Shown here piece after piece: positions 11,785-22,874 of a stretch of DNA of 64,000 nucleotides (position 1 is its first letter; every line of letters starts with the position of its first letter). This DNA is from Octopus sinensis (taxonomy: Eukaryota). The notes below the pieces were generated by a model that had not been told where the DNA came from, ran no database searches, and worked only from the letters and a program-made list of their open reading frames with translations. Location: positions 47,306,001 through 47,370,000 of the forward strand of contig NC_043009.1 in the NCBI RefSeq assembly GCF_006345805.1, given 5' to 3'. The translations under genes and the position numbers were made by a program.

Positions 11785-12260
11785 GCTTATACACTTGTTT
11801 GATGTTGCAGTCAATCTTCCACTCTTTGAGTTTCCAGATATAATTGGGCAAGTGTTGTGGAATTCCTGTTGTCAATGTATCTGCAGGGTGTGCCAAGGTT
11901 ATAAAGTCTGTGCTTAAATGTACACTCAACCATCCTGATGTAATGTTTCTTTTCAACTGTCTAGTTTGGCATGGTTGAAGGAATTTCAGCTCCATACACT
12001 ATCAGTTTATATTGCTTACCTGACTTAAACGATTGTCTTCCTTCATGAACATCCTGGATTGGCATACATTATAGGTTTGTTGGTAATACGTTCCTTCACG
12101 TAGGAATTCCATATGTTGTTGATTTCAACAGAACACCTGTTGAAAATTTTCTTCCTCCTATAAATAATGAGAAATGCTTATCTAAAAAGGTCAGCAATGT
12201 CTTCTATTAAAACATTTAATGGAAAAGGAGTGTAAACCAAATAATCATTCAGGATCTATA
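11785..12260 (-). mobile_element. Penelope-like element ORF fragment (RT-EN linker plus GIY-YIG endonuclease)
   Basis: Frameshifted minus-strand motifs IIWF, FLDKHF, KKIFNR, GCS(C)RK..C.LSGK, VYGAEI, HYIRMVECTFKHRLYN, NSTTLA, YIWKLKE.KIDCNIK. Confidence 0.8.
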
Positions 12261-12569
12261 TCTGGATTAAGAAGGGTGAGTATATGAGGTGTTAGTAGAA
12301 TTTTTTTCTTTTTTAACCACACAGTTATGCTTTCATAATTACTATAATTTCTAAACCATCAATGTTTCTACTGGCAAATTTCAAGGCTTTAACTAGCAGT
12401 GCCTTAGATAGCAAGTGATAGAAGACCCTGATTGATAGAAGACCCTCATACAATCAGGGTCTTCTATCCACATTTCTAATGTCTCTGAAACAGGTGATGA
12501 CTGTTAGCTCATTGTTGAATCTCAGTTGCCTTCCTAATTTTGTTCATATTTCTTAGTAAATTCAGCTTT

Positions 12570-12790
12570 GAGAAATCACAGCTTCAATACTAAGGACATG
12601 TAATTAGAATTGGACAAGAAAGAACTAGAAGATGGACTTTTCAAACCCAAGCCGCCAATCAGCAGAAACCCTAGGAGTAGACAAAGAATGAGATGGTTGG
12701 ATATCCATAGTCTCAGGCAGTCACACTTGAGAATCTAGCCACAAAGTCTAATGATAGTTGCTTCTGAGAGGACCCTATGGAGGAGATGCC
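12570..12790 (+). mobile_element. RTE-BovB-like LINE ORF2 C-terminal fragment
   Basis: QLQY*GHVIR ... RNPRSRQRMRWLDI ... ERTLWRR. Confidence 0.65.
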
Positions 12791-13125
12791 TGAGGACTCC
12801 ACCAACACCTTCACAGGAACAGAGAGCAGAGAAGATGGACAGCTGAGATATATTTCTATTTCAGATGGATTTATTAGTCTATGACTAGGTTTATTTTTGA
12901 AGTGTGCTTTGTGATCTTTTAACTTTTAACATTATAAAGGTCTCTTGTTTAGCCTAGCATTCTATTCCATTTCAATTTTCTTAATTTAATTATCTTTGTT
13001 TCAATTAATTTTGAATATAATGAAGAATTTAATAATGACAAATAACTTTGACATTATTAAGCTGGTGGTTGAAACATAGATTAGCATGAAATTTTAATGG
13101 ACAGTTTTTATTTTGAACACTTTAA

Positions 13126-13345
13126 CCCCTTGGCTTGGAATGCATTGGCGCTGTTTCAATTACATTTGAAAATGATGTAGAATTGAATAAAATAACTTTG
13201 TCATTATTCAGTTGGTAATTAGATGATAAATTAACATGAAATTCCATTGGAAGATTTGCTTTTGTTTTAAAACTAAGATCACTTTCAAACAGCAAGTTTA
13301 TATCAAAGAACAAAGGGGGTCTCAGTTGAGATGGTATCAAAAGGG
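13126..13345. mobile_element. TTAA-flanked MITE (piggyBac-like ends)
   Basis: TTAA|CCC...GGG|TTAA. Related sequence occurs at 12960-13120 and 48490-48684. Confidence 0.6.
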
Positions 13346-13417
13346 TTAAGCTAGTAAAATTGACATTTTTGGTTAACTAATTTTTACTCAGCTTGTATAA
13401 ATATTTATACATATATA

Positions 13418-14186
13418 TCATCATCATCGTCATCATTTAACATCCATTGTCCATGCTGGCATGGATTGGACAGTTTGACCAGGGTTGGCAAGCCGGAAGG
13501 CTGCACCAGACTTCAGTCTGATTTGGCATAGTTTCTATGGCTGGATGCCCTTCCTAATGCCAAACACTCTGAGAGTGTAATGGGTGCTTTTACATGCCAC
13601 TGGTACAGATGCCATTTGTGTGACACCAGTATTTGCCATGACTGTGATCTTACTTGGCTTGATGGGTCTTCTTCTCAAGCATGATGCCATGCCAAAGGTC
13701 TCAGTCATTTGTCATTACCTCTGTGAGGCCCAACACTCAAAAGGAGCTTTTCACATTTCATCAGTATCAGCCACTTTGCCTCCATAAGGTCCAATGCTCA
13801 AAAGGTGCTTTTTACGTGCCACTGGCACAGTTGCCAGTCATGGGACACCAGCATCAGCCACGACTACAATTTCACTTGGCTTCATGGGTCTTCTCAAACA
13901 CAGCATGTCACCAAAGGTCTTAGTCATTGCCTCTGTAAGGCCCAAAGTTTGAAGATCGCGCTTCACCACCTTGTCCCATGTCTTCCTGGGTCTACCTCTT
14001 CCACAGGTTCCCTCCACAGTAGGAGATTGGCACTTCTTTATACAGTTATACTTGTCCATATACATCACATGACCATACCAGCACAGCCATCTCTCTTGCA
14101 CACCACATCTGATGCGTCTTATGCCCAACTTTCCTCTCAAGATGCTTACACACTGTCAAACATGCACACTGACATTGCACATCCAA
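13418..14186 (-). mobile_element. 5'-truncated RTE-clade LINE (ORF2 C-terminus, 3' UTR and (GAT)n tail)
   Basis: WMCNVSVHV..SILRGKLGIRRIRCGVQERWLCWYGHVM...GRGRPRKTW..VKRDL, continuing into the family B 3' sequence and tail. Confidence 0.9.
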
Positions 14187-14360
14187 CAAAACTGTTGATT
14201 GTTTTTCTTGGCTTTTGAATTGCACTATAATTCTATTAACAGTAGCAAAAAGAATTTGAAGATTTTCGGCAATTTTTCGCTGGCTAAGACCAGCCTCAGA
14301 TTACCCAACAATATGAACTCTTTAAAAATCTGACAGTTGTACTGAATTTTTTGTGCATGG
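14187..14360 (-). mobile_element. Tc1-like transposase N-terminal HTH fragment
   Basis: MPCTKNSVQLSDF..IVG..EAGLSQRKIAENLQILFATVNRIIVQFK, cut off at the RTE insertion. Confidence 0.7.
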
Positions 14361-14507
14361 CATGGTTACTCTTCGCAAATGTTTAATATAATGGCACCTG
14401 GAATGAAAAAGAATAAGTACATTGTAAATTCTACACCGCTGAAAACATATTAAGATGCTTAGATCAGAAATTTTAAAAATTAAAGGTGTCTATTTACTTC
14501 CTGCATG

Positions 14508-14538
<31 letters not shown>

Positions 14539-14570
14539 TTCCATTCGTGCGGTACCTTACAACTTCACTT

Positions 14571-14616
<46 letters not shown>

Positions 14617-15053
14617 ACTGTATTGTATCAGATTAATCAAACTTACCTTAAAAGGAAAACAAAAAGTACCCACTCAGCCAAGGGCATTTTAGAAAGCTTC
14701 AATATTTATTTGTGCATTAGTCATTAGTCAAACTCTGTAGGAAACGCATACCAGGATGATGAATAAAGACAAACGAATCAAATTGCAGTAAATTTGTTTT
14801 TAATGATCATTGAAAGAAAAAAAAAATTGAAAAGTAATAAAAGCAGCTAACAAAAAGAACTGCTAGCAGTTAATCAAATTGAGGTAACAACTACCTGTTG
14901 TTTTAAGTAACCCTCTCATTTAGAGGGGAGGGGGACGGGAAAGGAGGGAAGAAGAAGAAGAAGGAGAGGAGGCGGAGGAGGAGAAGGAGGTGATTTGTTG
15001 GAAAAAGTTAGGGATTAGGAAGAAAGAATATTTTTCTTTATTTACGAAAAATG

Positions 15054-15084
<31 letters not shown>

Positions 15085-15249
15085 TAAAAGTTTTTTTGTT
15101 TTTTTTTTGCATAAATTGCTCACCTACAAAAGGTGTGAGACATATTATTACACCACAAGAGACTGCTGAAAAGAAAAGTACTGATTGTGAGGTGGTTGAG
15201 ATGAGGCAGTGGTAGTGGTGTTTTGGGTGGGGAGGGGGGGGGCGTTGTT

Positions 15250-15600
15250 AAGTGGGTAATCTGTCGCATGATAAATTACACTTCAAAAATACATTACAGA
15301 ATAAATATGTGGTAATGGTTGAGTTTGTGATGGCGATGATGATGTTGGTGATGGTGGTGTTGGTGATGGTAGAAGTGTTGGCGGTGGTTATTGTGATGGT
15401 AGTGATGATGGTTTTTGTGATTATAGTGATGATGGGGTGATGGTGGTGTTGGTGGTGGAGGTGTTGTTGGTAGTTATTGTAGTGGTAGTGGTGATGCTTT
15501 CTGTGATGCTAGTGATGGCGGGGTGGTTTTGGTGATGGCGTTGTTGTTGATGGTGTTGGTGTTGTTACTGTTGTTGTTGGTGATGGTAGTGGTGAAACCA
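15250..15600. repeat. Cryptic (GGT/GAT/GTT)n trinucleotide low-complexity tract
   Basis: Degenerate triplet repeats. Confidence 0.85.
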
Positions 15601-15984
15601 AAGGATTATTGATTGCATAAACAAAAAAAAGCCCACGACCAATTTTAACAATGTCTTAACGATGTTCTGAATCATATTTTAATGAGTTTTAGCTTCCATC
15701 TTGTTCTCAAATTTACCATGTTTTCGCAAGTTCAATTACTTCTTTAAATTTTCAATCCATCATTACCATCACCACCACCACCACCACCACCATTGTCGTC
15801 ATCATCGTCATTGTCAGCAGCAGCAGTTTCATAATCGTCCTCTTCATCAACATCTAGTGTCTGTGTTCCATACTGACATTGGTTGGATGGTTCGACCACA
15901 TGTGATGGGCCCAAAAACTGCACTATTCTCTAGTATCTGCTTACCAGTTTTCAGTCAAACCTGTGCCAGCATGGAAAACGGATG

Positions 15985-16668
15985 TGGCTGTGTGGCAAGT
16001 AGCTTGCTTACCAACCACATGGTTCCAGGTTCAGTCCCACAGCGGCACATCTAGAGCAAGTGTCTTCTACTATAGCCTTGGGCTGACCAAAGCCTGGTGA
16101 GTGGATTTGGTAGATGGAAACTGAAAGAAGCCCATCGTCACACGCACCTTTGTGTTGGGGGCACCTTCATATTGGAAGTCACTTGACCCTGTTATCTCCC
16201 CTACTGTCCCTCTCGCGTCTGACCACTGTCCAAAGTCAGGATGCCATGATAGATCGTTAGCTCCTACACGCATTTTTTTCTCTCCTTTTTTTTTCTGTGT
16301 ATCTTTCTGGCGAAGAACGTAGACTCGAAACGTAAAAGACTTTTTCCATTTCTATTCCTGAGCGCTATACTAATACATTTGTTTGTTTGTACTCCACCTG
16401 CCTTTGTCATTTGTTTATTTTCGTAAACTTTCCCTTTATATATATAGGTATATGTGTGTGTGTTTGTGTGTCTGTGTTTGTCCCCCCAACATCGCTTGAC
16501 AACCGATGCTGGTGTGTTTATGTCCCCCGTAACTTAGCGGTTCGGCAAAAGAGACTGATAGAATAAGTACTAGGCTTACAAAGAATAAGTCTTGGGGTCG
16601 ACTTGCTCGACTAAAGGTGGTGCTCCAGCATGACCACAGTCAAATGACTGAAACAAGTAAAAGAGTAA
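15985..16668 (+). mobile_element. SINE family A interrupted by an insertion at 16141-16440
   Basis: Head runs to gaaagaagcccatcgtc; body resumes at tgtgtgtctgtgtttgtcccc and runs to the tail. Confidence 0.85.
16141..16440 (+). mobile_element. Penelope-type terminal repeat carrying a hammerhead-like motif
   Basis: Shares tctgaccactgtcca and the actaatac.tttgtttgtt..ctc.cacctg 3' end with 23175-23645. Motif at 16302-16339. Confidence 0.6.
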
Positions 16669-17326
16669 TGATGATGATGATATATACAAATAAATAAATA
16701 AGTAACAATTGTTAGTTACTTATTTTTAATTCACCAATCTTGCAACTTGCCCCTTGCATGTCCTGCAGCATATTATGGACTGTATATTTAATAAAATGTA
16801 CATGTTTGAATAGCTCTTTACATGTTTATATTCATAATTTAATTTTAATTTTTATCTCATTTTGACCCTATTTTATCCCAATCTAACTTTATACTAGTTT
16901 ATCCTAATTCTCTTTTAATTTTATCATTTTGATTTTTAATTTTGTGTTCAGTTTTCAGCATTATTACTTTAAATACGTATTTTAAAGATTTATTTCATTT
17001 TCATTTATCTATTCATTTTATCATTTACATTTTTATTTATTCATACCCTTCCCCCATCACTATGAGTTCTATATTATACGTCTTAACAGGGTCAAAAGTT
17101 ACCAGTATATACAGACTCTTAGGGCAAAAAACTCACTGTATCCATTGATACACCATTAAAATAAACACACCAAATTGTTCATCTACTAAATGAAGTTAAT
17201 TAAAGAAACAGAATTTATAAGGGTTGTAATTATTTTTACAGCAACAATGCTCTTCTCAATACATGTGACATACCAGTTAAAACAAACTATTTCTTTGCAC
17301 CTTTTGCATGGATGGTAAGCCAGGGA

Positions 17327-17850
17327 TCATCATCATCATCATCATCATCATCGTTTAGGGTCCGCTTTCCATGCTGGCATGGGTTGGACGGTTCAACTGG
17401 GGTCTGGGAAGCCAGAAGGCTGCACCAGGCCCAGTCTGATCTGGCAGTGTTTCTATGGCTGGATGCCCTTCATAACGCCAACATCATCATCATCTTCGTT
17501 TAGGGTCCGCTTTCCATGCTAGCATGGGTTGGACGGTTCAACTGGGGTCTGGGAAGCCAGAAGGCTGCACCAGGCCCAGTCTGATCTGGCAGTGTTTCTA
17601 TGGCTGGATGCCCTTCATAACGCCAACATCATCATCATCATCGTTTAGAGTCCGCTTTCCATGCTAGCATGGGTTGGACGGTTCAACTGGGGTCTGGGAA
17701 GCCAGAAGGCTGCACCAGGCCCAGTCTGATCTGGCAATGTTTCTACGGCTGGATGCCCTTACTAATGCCAACCACTCCGTGAGTGTAGTGGGTGCTTTTT
17801 AGGTGCCAGACGAGGCTGGCAAACGGCCACGATCGGATGGTGTTTTTTAT
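17327..17850 (-). mobile_element. Family B element with a tandemly triplicated 145-bp 3' end
   Basis: cgtttag.gtccg recurs at 17352, 17497 and 17642. Confidence 0.9.
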
Positions 17851-18621
17851 GATCATTCTCAAATAATTTTCAGTTCCATATTTTTGATTGGTCCAAGTTA
17901 TTATTATTATTATTATTATTATTATCATCATCATTATCCACTTCTTTTAATTTCATTTCCGTCTCTTCCCGACACCTAGGGCAAAGAAACTCACTGTATA
18001 CATTGATATGCCATTAAAATAAACACACCAGATTGTTCATTTACAGTCATGATAGAAAAAAAGGGGGAAGAAAGAAAGAGGAAAATGGGATTGTTATTAT
18101 TATTTGTTTATTTATTTATTAGGAATACTATTATCATATCACTTACCCATTCACCTTTTTGAGATCTGCTTTTCTGTATGGCCATTTCCAATTTTCACTC
18201 TTATTCTTACTTGATTATTGTCTGTTTTGCAGTTGGTGATGGAGTGGTTATATTATTAGCCTACCACACCCTTTATACCACCACAACCACCTTCTTCTTC
18301 TTCTTCTATGTGATTTGGAATTACTATTGTCTAAGTCCTGTCTGCCATTTCACCATTTTTATTTATATTCTATACTTATTGTTTTTTCCTACTATAAGCG
18401 ACATACAATGCTTGACTGTCATATATTGTAAGAGTGCACCTTTTAATGCAAGTTGAGAAAATGCCACTCCAATGTTTAAAACCCATAATATTATGTAACT
18501 TTGCACATGAAACTTTTGCATGCAATGGCAGTAAAAACAGAGTGGTATTGAAACTATTGTAACTAGTCATTATAGATGTGCTAAGCCCTTTCTTGGACTT
18601 CTTATTTGTAATATGTATATA

Positions 18622-18915
18622 TCTTTATATATAAAATTGAAGTTGTGTGTGTGAGACTCTGTCTCCTCCGATTTAGATTCCTAACTACTCCCACATTTTG
18701 CGGTGCAGTTTAACCAAAAGCGGGTATCTTATAATCGTCATTCATATCGAGCCCTTCTGGGTATTAGCGCGCATCTACGATGAGTCTACGATTAAAAAAA
18801 AATTACCATCATTTTTCCGCATTTTTAATGATTTTTGCTCAGGTTATATAAGGGAAGTAACTCTCTAAAATGCTTATATAGTTATTTCCCTTACAAACCC
18901 GAGCGATACTGCTAG
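18622..18915 (+). mobile_element. Non-autonomous Helitron-type element
   Basis: Inserted between A and T. Starts TCtttatatataaaa...gtgtgtgt and ends cccgagcgatactgCTAG; the subterminal hairpin is partly deleted. Confidence 0.75.
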
Positions 18916-18927
18916 TATATATATATA

Positions 18928-19344
18928 TGGGGAAAGTAAGATGAAAAAAAGCGAAAATGCACATTGAATATAAAAAAAAGTAAAGGCCTTTTTATGATAA
19001 GTAGTAATAAATAAATTCAATTAGATGAACTAAGGTAGAATTAAGAGGAATAAAATTCATGATTTTGAATTGTTAAAGAGATTCAATGTTAAACTGGTGT
19101 CATCATTGCTGTTCACTAGCTTTGAAAGTGAACAACAATGACGACATTAAACAGCTAGTGAACAGAAATGACAACACCAGTTTGACTTTGAATTTCTTTA
19201 ACAATTCAAAATAATGAATTTAATTCCTCTTAATTCTACCTCAGTTCATCCAATTGTATTTATTTATCGCTACTTTTCATAAAAAAGCCTTTACTGTTTT
19301 GATATTCAATGTGCATTTTCACTTTTTTCTTCTTACTTTTCCCA
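18928..19344. repeat. Fold-back element with ~190-bp inverted arms
   Basis: tggggaaagtaag...aaatgcacattgaatat is mirrored by atattcaatgtgcatttt...cttacttttccca; TA flanks both sides. Confidence 0.9.
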
Positions 19345-19399
19345 TATCTTTTCCACGTGTAGTTTCTATTTTCCTTTTGAAACATATTTCTATTATATA

Positions 19400-19810
19400 T
19401 ATATATACACCAATTAAGGACTGAACACAAAAAGTGGACAGTCAACATGCTAGATATAGACGTCAAATCGCCATTCTCCACAAAGAGTATGTTCTCAAAT
19501 AAAACTCAGCACAAAACCAAAGCATTAAACAAGACAAATGAAAATATACGAAATAAAATAATTACCTATGTACTGAATCAGTTTTGGATAAACTGGGATA
19601 AACTGTAAGGATAAACTGTAACCTCGTCAGCATGGTCCGTTATTAATACAATTTGCTGGACTAGATGCAAAAATGATTGACCGCTCGCATGCATGGAGTT
19701 CAACTGATTATATTTGAATGTATTTTTCAAATGCCTTCACTTCGGCGCGCTGAGACCGGAAAAACCAACCTGCAGCTAATAAGTAGCAGCAGTCAATTTA
19801 CTGGTTAGAG
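19400..19810 (-). mobile_element. Probable Penelope-type terminal repeat with a hammerhead-like motif
   Basis: Minus-strand CTGACGA core at 19624-19630; T-rich 3' end running into (TA)n. Confidence 0.45.
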
Positions 19811-19841
19811 AACATATTTATTTTATATAAAATTAATTTTA

Positions 19842-19877
<36 letters not shown>

Positions 19878-19982
19878 CACACACACGTAGATGTTGAATG
19901 ATGAAAATGAGTGCTCTTCTTTATTTCTGCATAAGGGCTACCATTGCTTTCATGTTAAGAAAATAGAAAAATATCTTAATAT

Positions 19983-20392
19983 GAAGGCGGCAAGCTGGCA
20001 GAAACGTTAGCACACCGGGTGAAATGCTTGGCGGTATTTTGTCTGCCGCTATGTTCTGAGTTCAAATTCCGCCGAGGTCAACTTTTCCTTTCATCCTTTT
20101 GGGATCAATTAAATAAGTACCAGTTATGCACTGGGGTCGATGTAATTGACTTTACCCGTTTGTCTGTCCTTGTTTGTTCCCTCTGTATTTAGCCCCTTGT
20201 GGGTAGTAAAGAAATATGTATTTTGTCTGCTGTTACGTTCTGAGTTCAAATTCCGCTGAGGTCAACTTTGCATTTCTTCTTTTCGGGGTCGATAATTAAG
20301 TACCAGTTATGCACTGGGGTTGATGTAATCGACTTAATCCCTTTGTCTGTTCTTGTTTGTCCACTTGTGGGCAATAAAGAAATAAGAAAAAT
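19983..20392 (+). mobile_element. SINE family C, tandem (partially duplicated) copies
   Basis: ggcggcaagctggcagaaacgttagc head; core repeated at ~20050 and ~20245. Confidence 0.85.
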
Positions 20393-20394
20393 AT

Positions 20395-20786
20395 CTGTGG
20401 CTGTGTGGTAAGTAGCTTGCTAACCAGCCTCATGGTTCCGGGTTCAGTCCCACTGCGTGGCATCTTGGGCAAGTGTTTTCTGCTATAGCCCCAGGCCGAC
20501 CAATGCCTTGTGAGTGGATTTGGTAGAAGGAAACTGAAAGAAGCCTGTCGTATATATATATATATGTGTGTGTGTGTGTTTGTCTCCCTAGCATTGCTTG
20601 ACAACCGATGCTGGTGTGTTTACGTCCCCATCACTTAGTGGTTCAGCAAAAGAGACCGATAGAATAAGTACTGGGCTTACAAAGAATAAGTCCCGGGGTC
20701 GATTTGCTCGACTAAAGGCGGGGCTCCAGCATGGCCGTAGTCAAATGACTGAAACAAGTAAAAGAGTAAAAGAGTAAAAAGAGTAA
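20395..20786 (+). mobile_element. SINE family A
   Basis: Complete copy. Confidence 0.9.
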
Positions 20787-20984
20787 TATCTTAACAATTT
20801 TTCATGTTGAGTCTGTTGATGATCACCCGATTGATTATGATGTGATTCTTTTTTGTGTCTCATTCTCACTCTGAGGAAATATTTAACTCGCTGTTTCAAG
20901 ATGCAATTTCTAATTTGTAATTAAATGAATTGAATATGAAAACAATTGTCGGTAACAGAGACTTTTGACAATATGTCACTCCCT

Positions 20985-21170
20985 CCACTAAATCAACATT
21001 ACCTGTTCAGGTGCAACAGGGTGCCACCTGTCAGATGCATAAGTGATTGCAGAGCAACATGAAATGAAGTGCTTTGCTCAAGAACACAATGTAATGCCTG
21101 ACCTGGTAACTGAACCCATAATCTCACAATCATGAGTGCAATACCATAACCACTGAGCCATGAGCCTTCA
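20985..21170 (-). mobile_element. SINE family D (tRNA-like head; cttgagcaaagcacttcatttcac.ttgctc core)
   Basis: Reverse-complement match to the copies at 22875, 44035 and 62890. Confidence 0.7.
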
Positions 21171-21867
21171 CAGAGAGAGAGAGAGAGAGAGAGGGGTGAA
21201 AGAATTATGCATTAAAGCCAAATGGCGGTGCCCCAGCATGGCCACAGCTCGTGAGCTGAAACTAGAATCAATCAATCAAAATATCAAAGACTAAGCTGCA
21301 ATTGATATTACTACTATTAGCTGCATCAGATGTGGCATTTTACAACAAGAATGCAATTTTGCCTGTAGTTCAGCACGACTGCACATATGCATGCACATAC
21401 ACATACAGATTTCTATAGACTCACACTGCCATGCACAGTTATACAGAAACACATACGTACATATATAGATGCACAAAGACACACACACACACATAGAAAT
21501 TAGAAGGCATAACTATATAGACATGTATACACACACACACATATAGACATACACAAACTGTTATACATTACAGCCATTCTGTAGCCATGACTTCAGCTGT
21601 TTTAAAACTGGTCACGATTGAATATTGATTGTCCAGCAGCTGGTGTCAATAGTAATCCAAATTTATGAACGGATCATTTACCAACAGCCATGATTTCTTG
21701 GGTGATAGAAGTGCAAGGAGACAGTCAGTTGTAATTGTTATGGTTGTTGTTGTTGCTGTTTAGTACAGGTCCGATCTGGATTAGCAAACCTATGATTAGA
21801 AGTATTTAGGCAATATTCATCTCATCAATTTATCAGGTTATACACACATGTGTATGTAATATATATA

Positions 21868-22215
21868 CTCTTTACTCTTTTACTTGTTTCAGTCATTTGA
21901 CTGCAACCATGCAGGAGCATCGCCTTTAGTCGAGCAAATAAGCCCAGTACTTATTCTATCGGTCTCTTTTGCCGAACCGCTAAGTGACGGGGACGTAAAC
22001 ACACCAGCATCGGTTGTCAAGCAATGCTAGAAGGACAAACACAGACACACAAACATATACACACACATACATACGTCTACCAAATCCACTCACAAAGCTT
22101 TGGTCAGCCCGAGGCTATAGCAGAAGGCACTTGCCCAAGATGCCACGCAGTGGGACTGAACCCTGAACCATGTGGTTGGTTAGCAAGCTACTTACCACAC
22201 AGCCACTCCTGCACC
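21868..22215 (-). mobile_element. SINE family A
   Basis: Reverse complement of the tail (ctcttttacttgtttcagtc) through to the head. Confidence 0.9.
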
Positions 22216-22220
22216 TCCAA

Positions 22221-22393
22221 ATATACATATTTGTGAAAGAGAACAACAAATGCTGAAGCATAACAAGCATCTCAATTCATATACATTATTTCATATTATT
22301 CTGAAATTATTTAAGAATAATATAAAAGAATGTGTTTGAATCAAGATGCTTGTTATGCCTCAGCATTTGTTATCCTCTTTCACAAATATATAT
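22221..22393. repeat. Fold-back with ~65-bp inverted arms
   Basis: atttgtgaaagag..aaatgctga.gcataacaagcatc is mirrored at 22329-22393. Confidence 0.85.
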
Positions 22394-22514
22394 CTACTAA
22401 CTAAGAAACCTAAAATGAATCCATAGCTCCCTTCTTATTTATGAGCTTGGAACCATGATAACCCATTACAGCACTTACTCACCAATGAACTAAACCTCCA
22501 TATTCTGTATATAT

Positions 22515-22735
22515 ATCATCATCATCATCATCATTATCATCGTTTAATGTCCACTTTCCATGCTAGCATGGGTTGGACGATTTGACTGAGGACTGGTGAA
22601 CCAGATGGCTGCACCAGGCTCCAATCTGATCTGGCAGAGTTTCTACAGCTGGATGCCCTTCCTAACGACAACCACTCCAAAAGTGTAGTGGGTGCTTTTA
22701 CGTACCACTGGAATGAGGGCCAGTCAGGTGGTACT
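22515..22735 (-). mobile_element. Family B 3' end
   Basis: (CAT)n tail then gctggatgcccttcctaac. Confidence 0.85.
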
Positions 22736-22874
22736 ATATATAAATAGATAGATAGATAGATATGTTGATGCAAACAGAAAAATTAGAATTCAAAATATGA
22801 GGTTTTTCTTTTAGCAACAGAGTGATTCAAGATCCGAGAATTTTATGTGTTGGTATCACACACACATACACAGG

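Noticed and set aside
12021-12157. Apparent minus-strand exon with a strong cag|gtaagc donor
   Set aside because: It falls inside the Penelope-like ORF relic, and frames from the candidate acceptors contain stops.
13758-13782. Minus-strand CTGATGA...GAAA resembling a hammerhead core
   Set aside because: No stem II or stem III can form, so it is a chance match.
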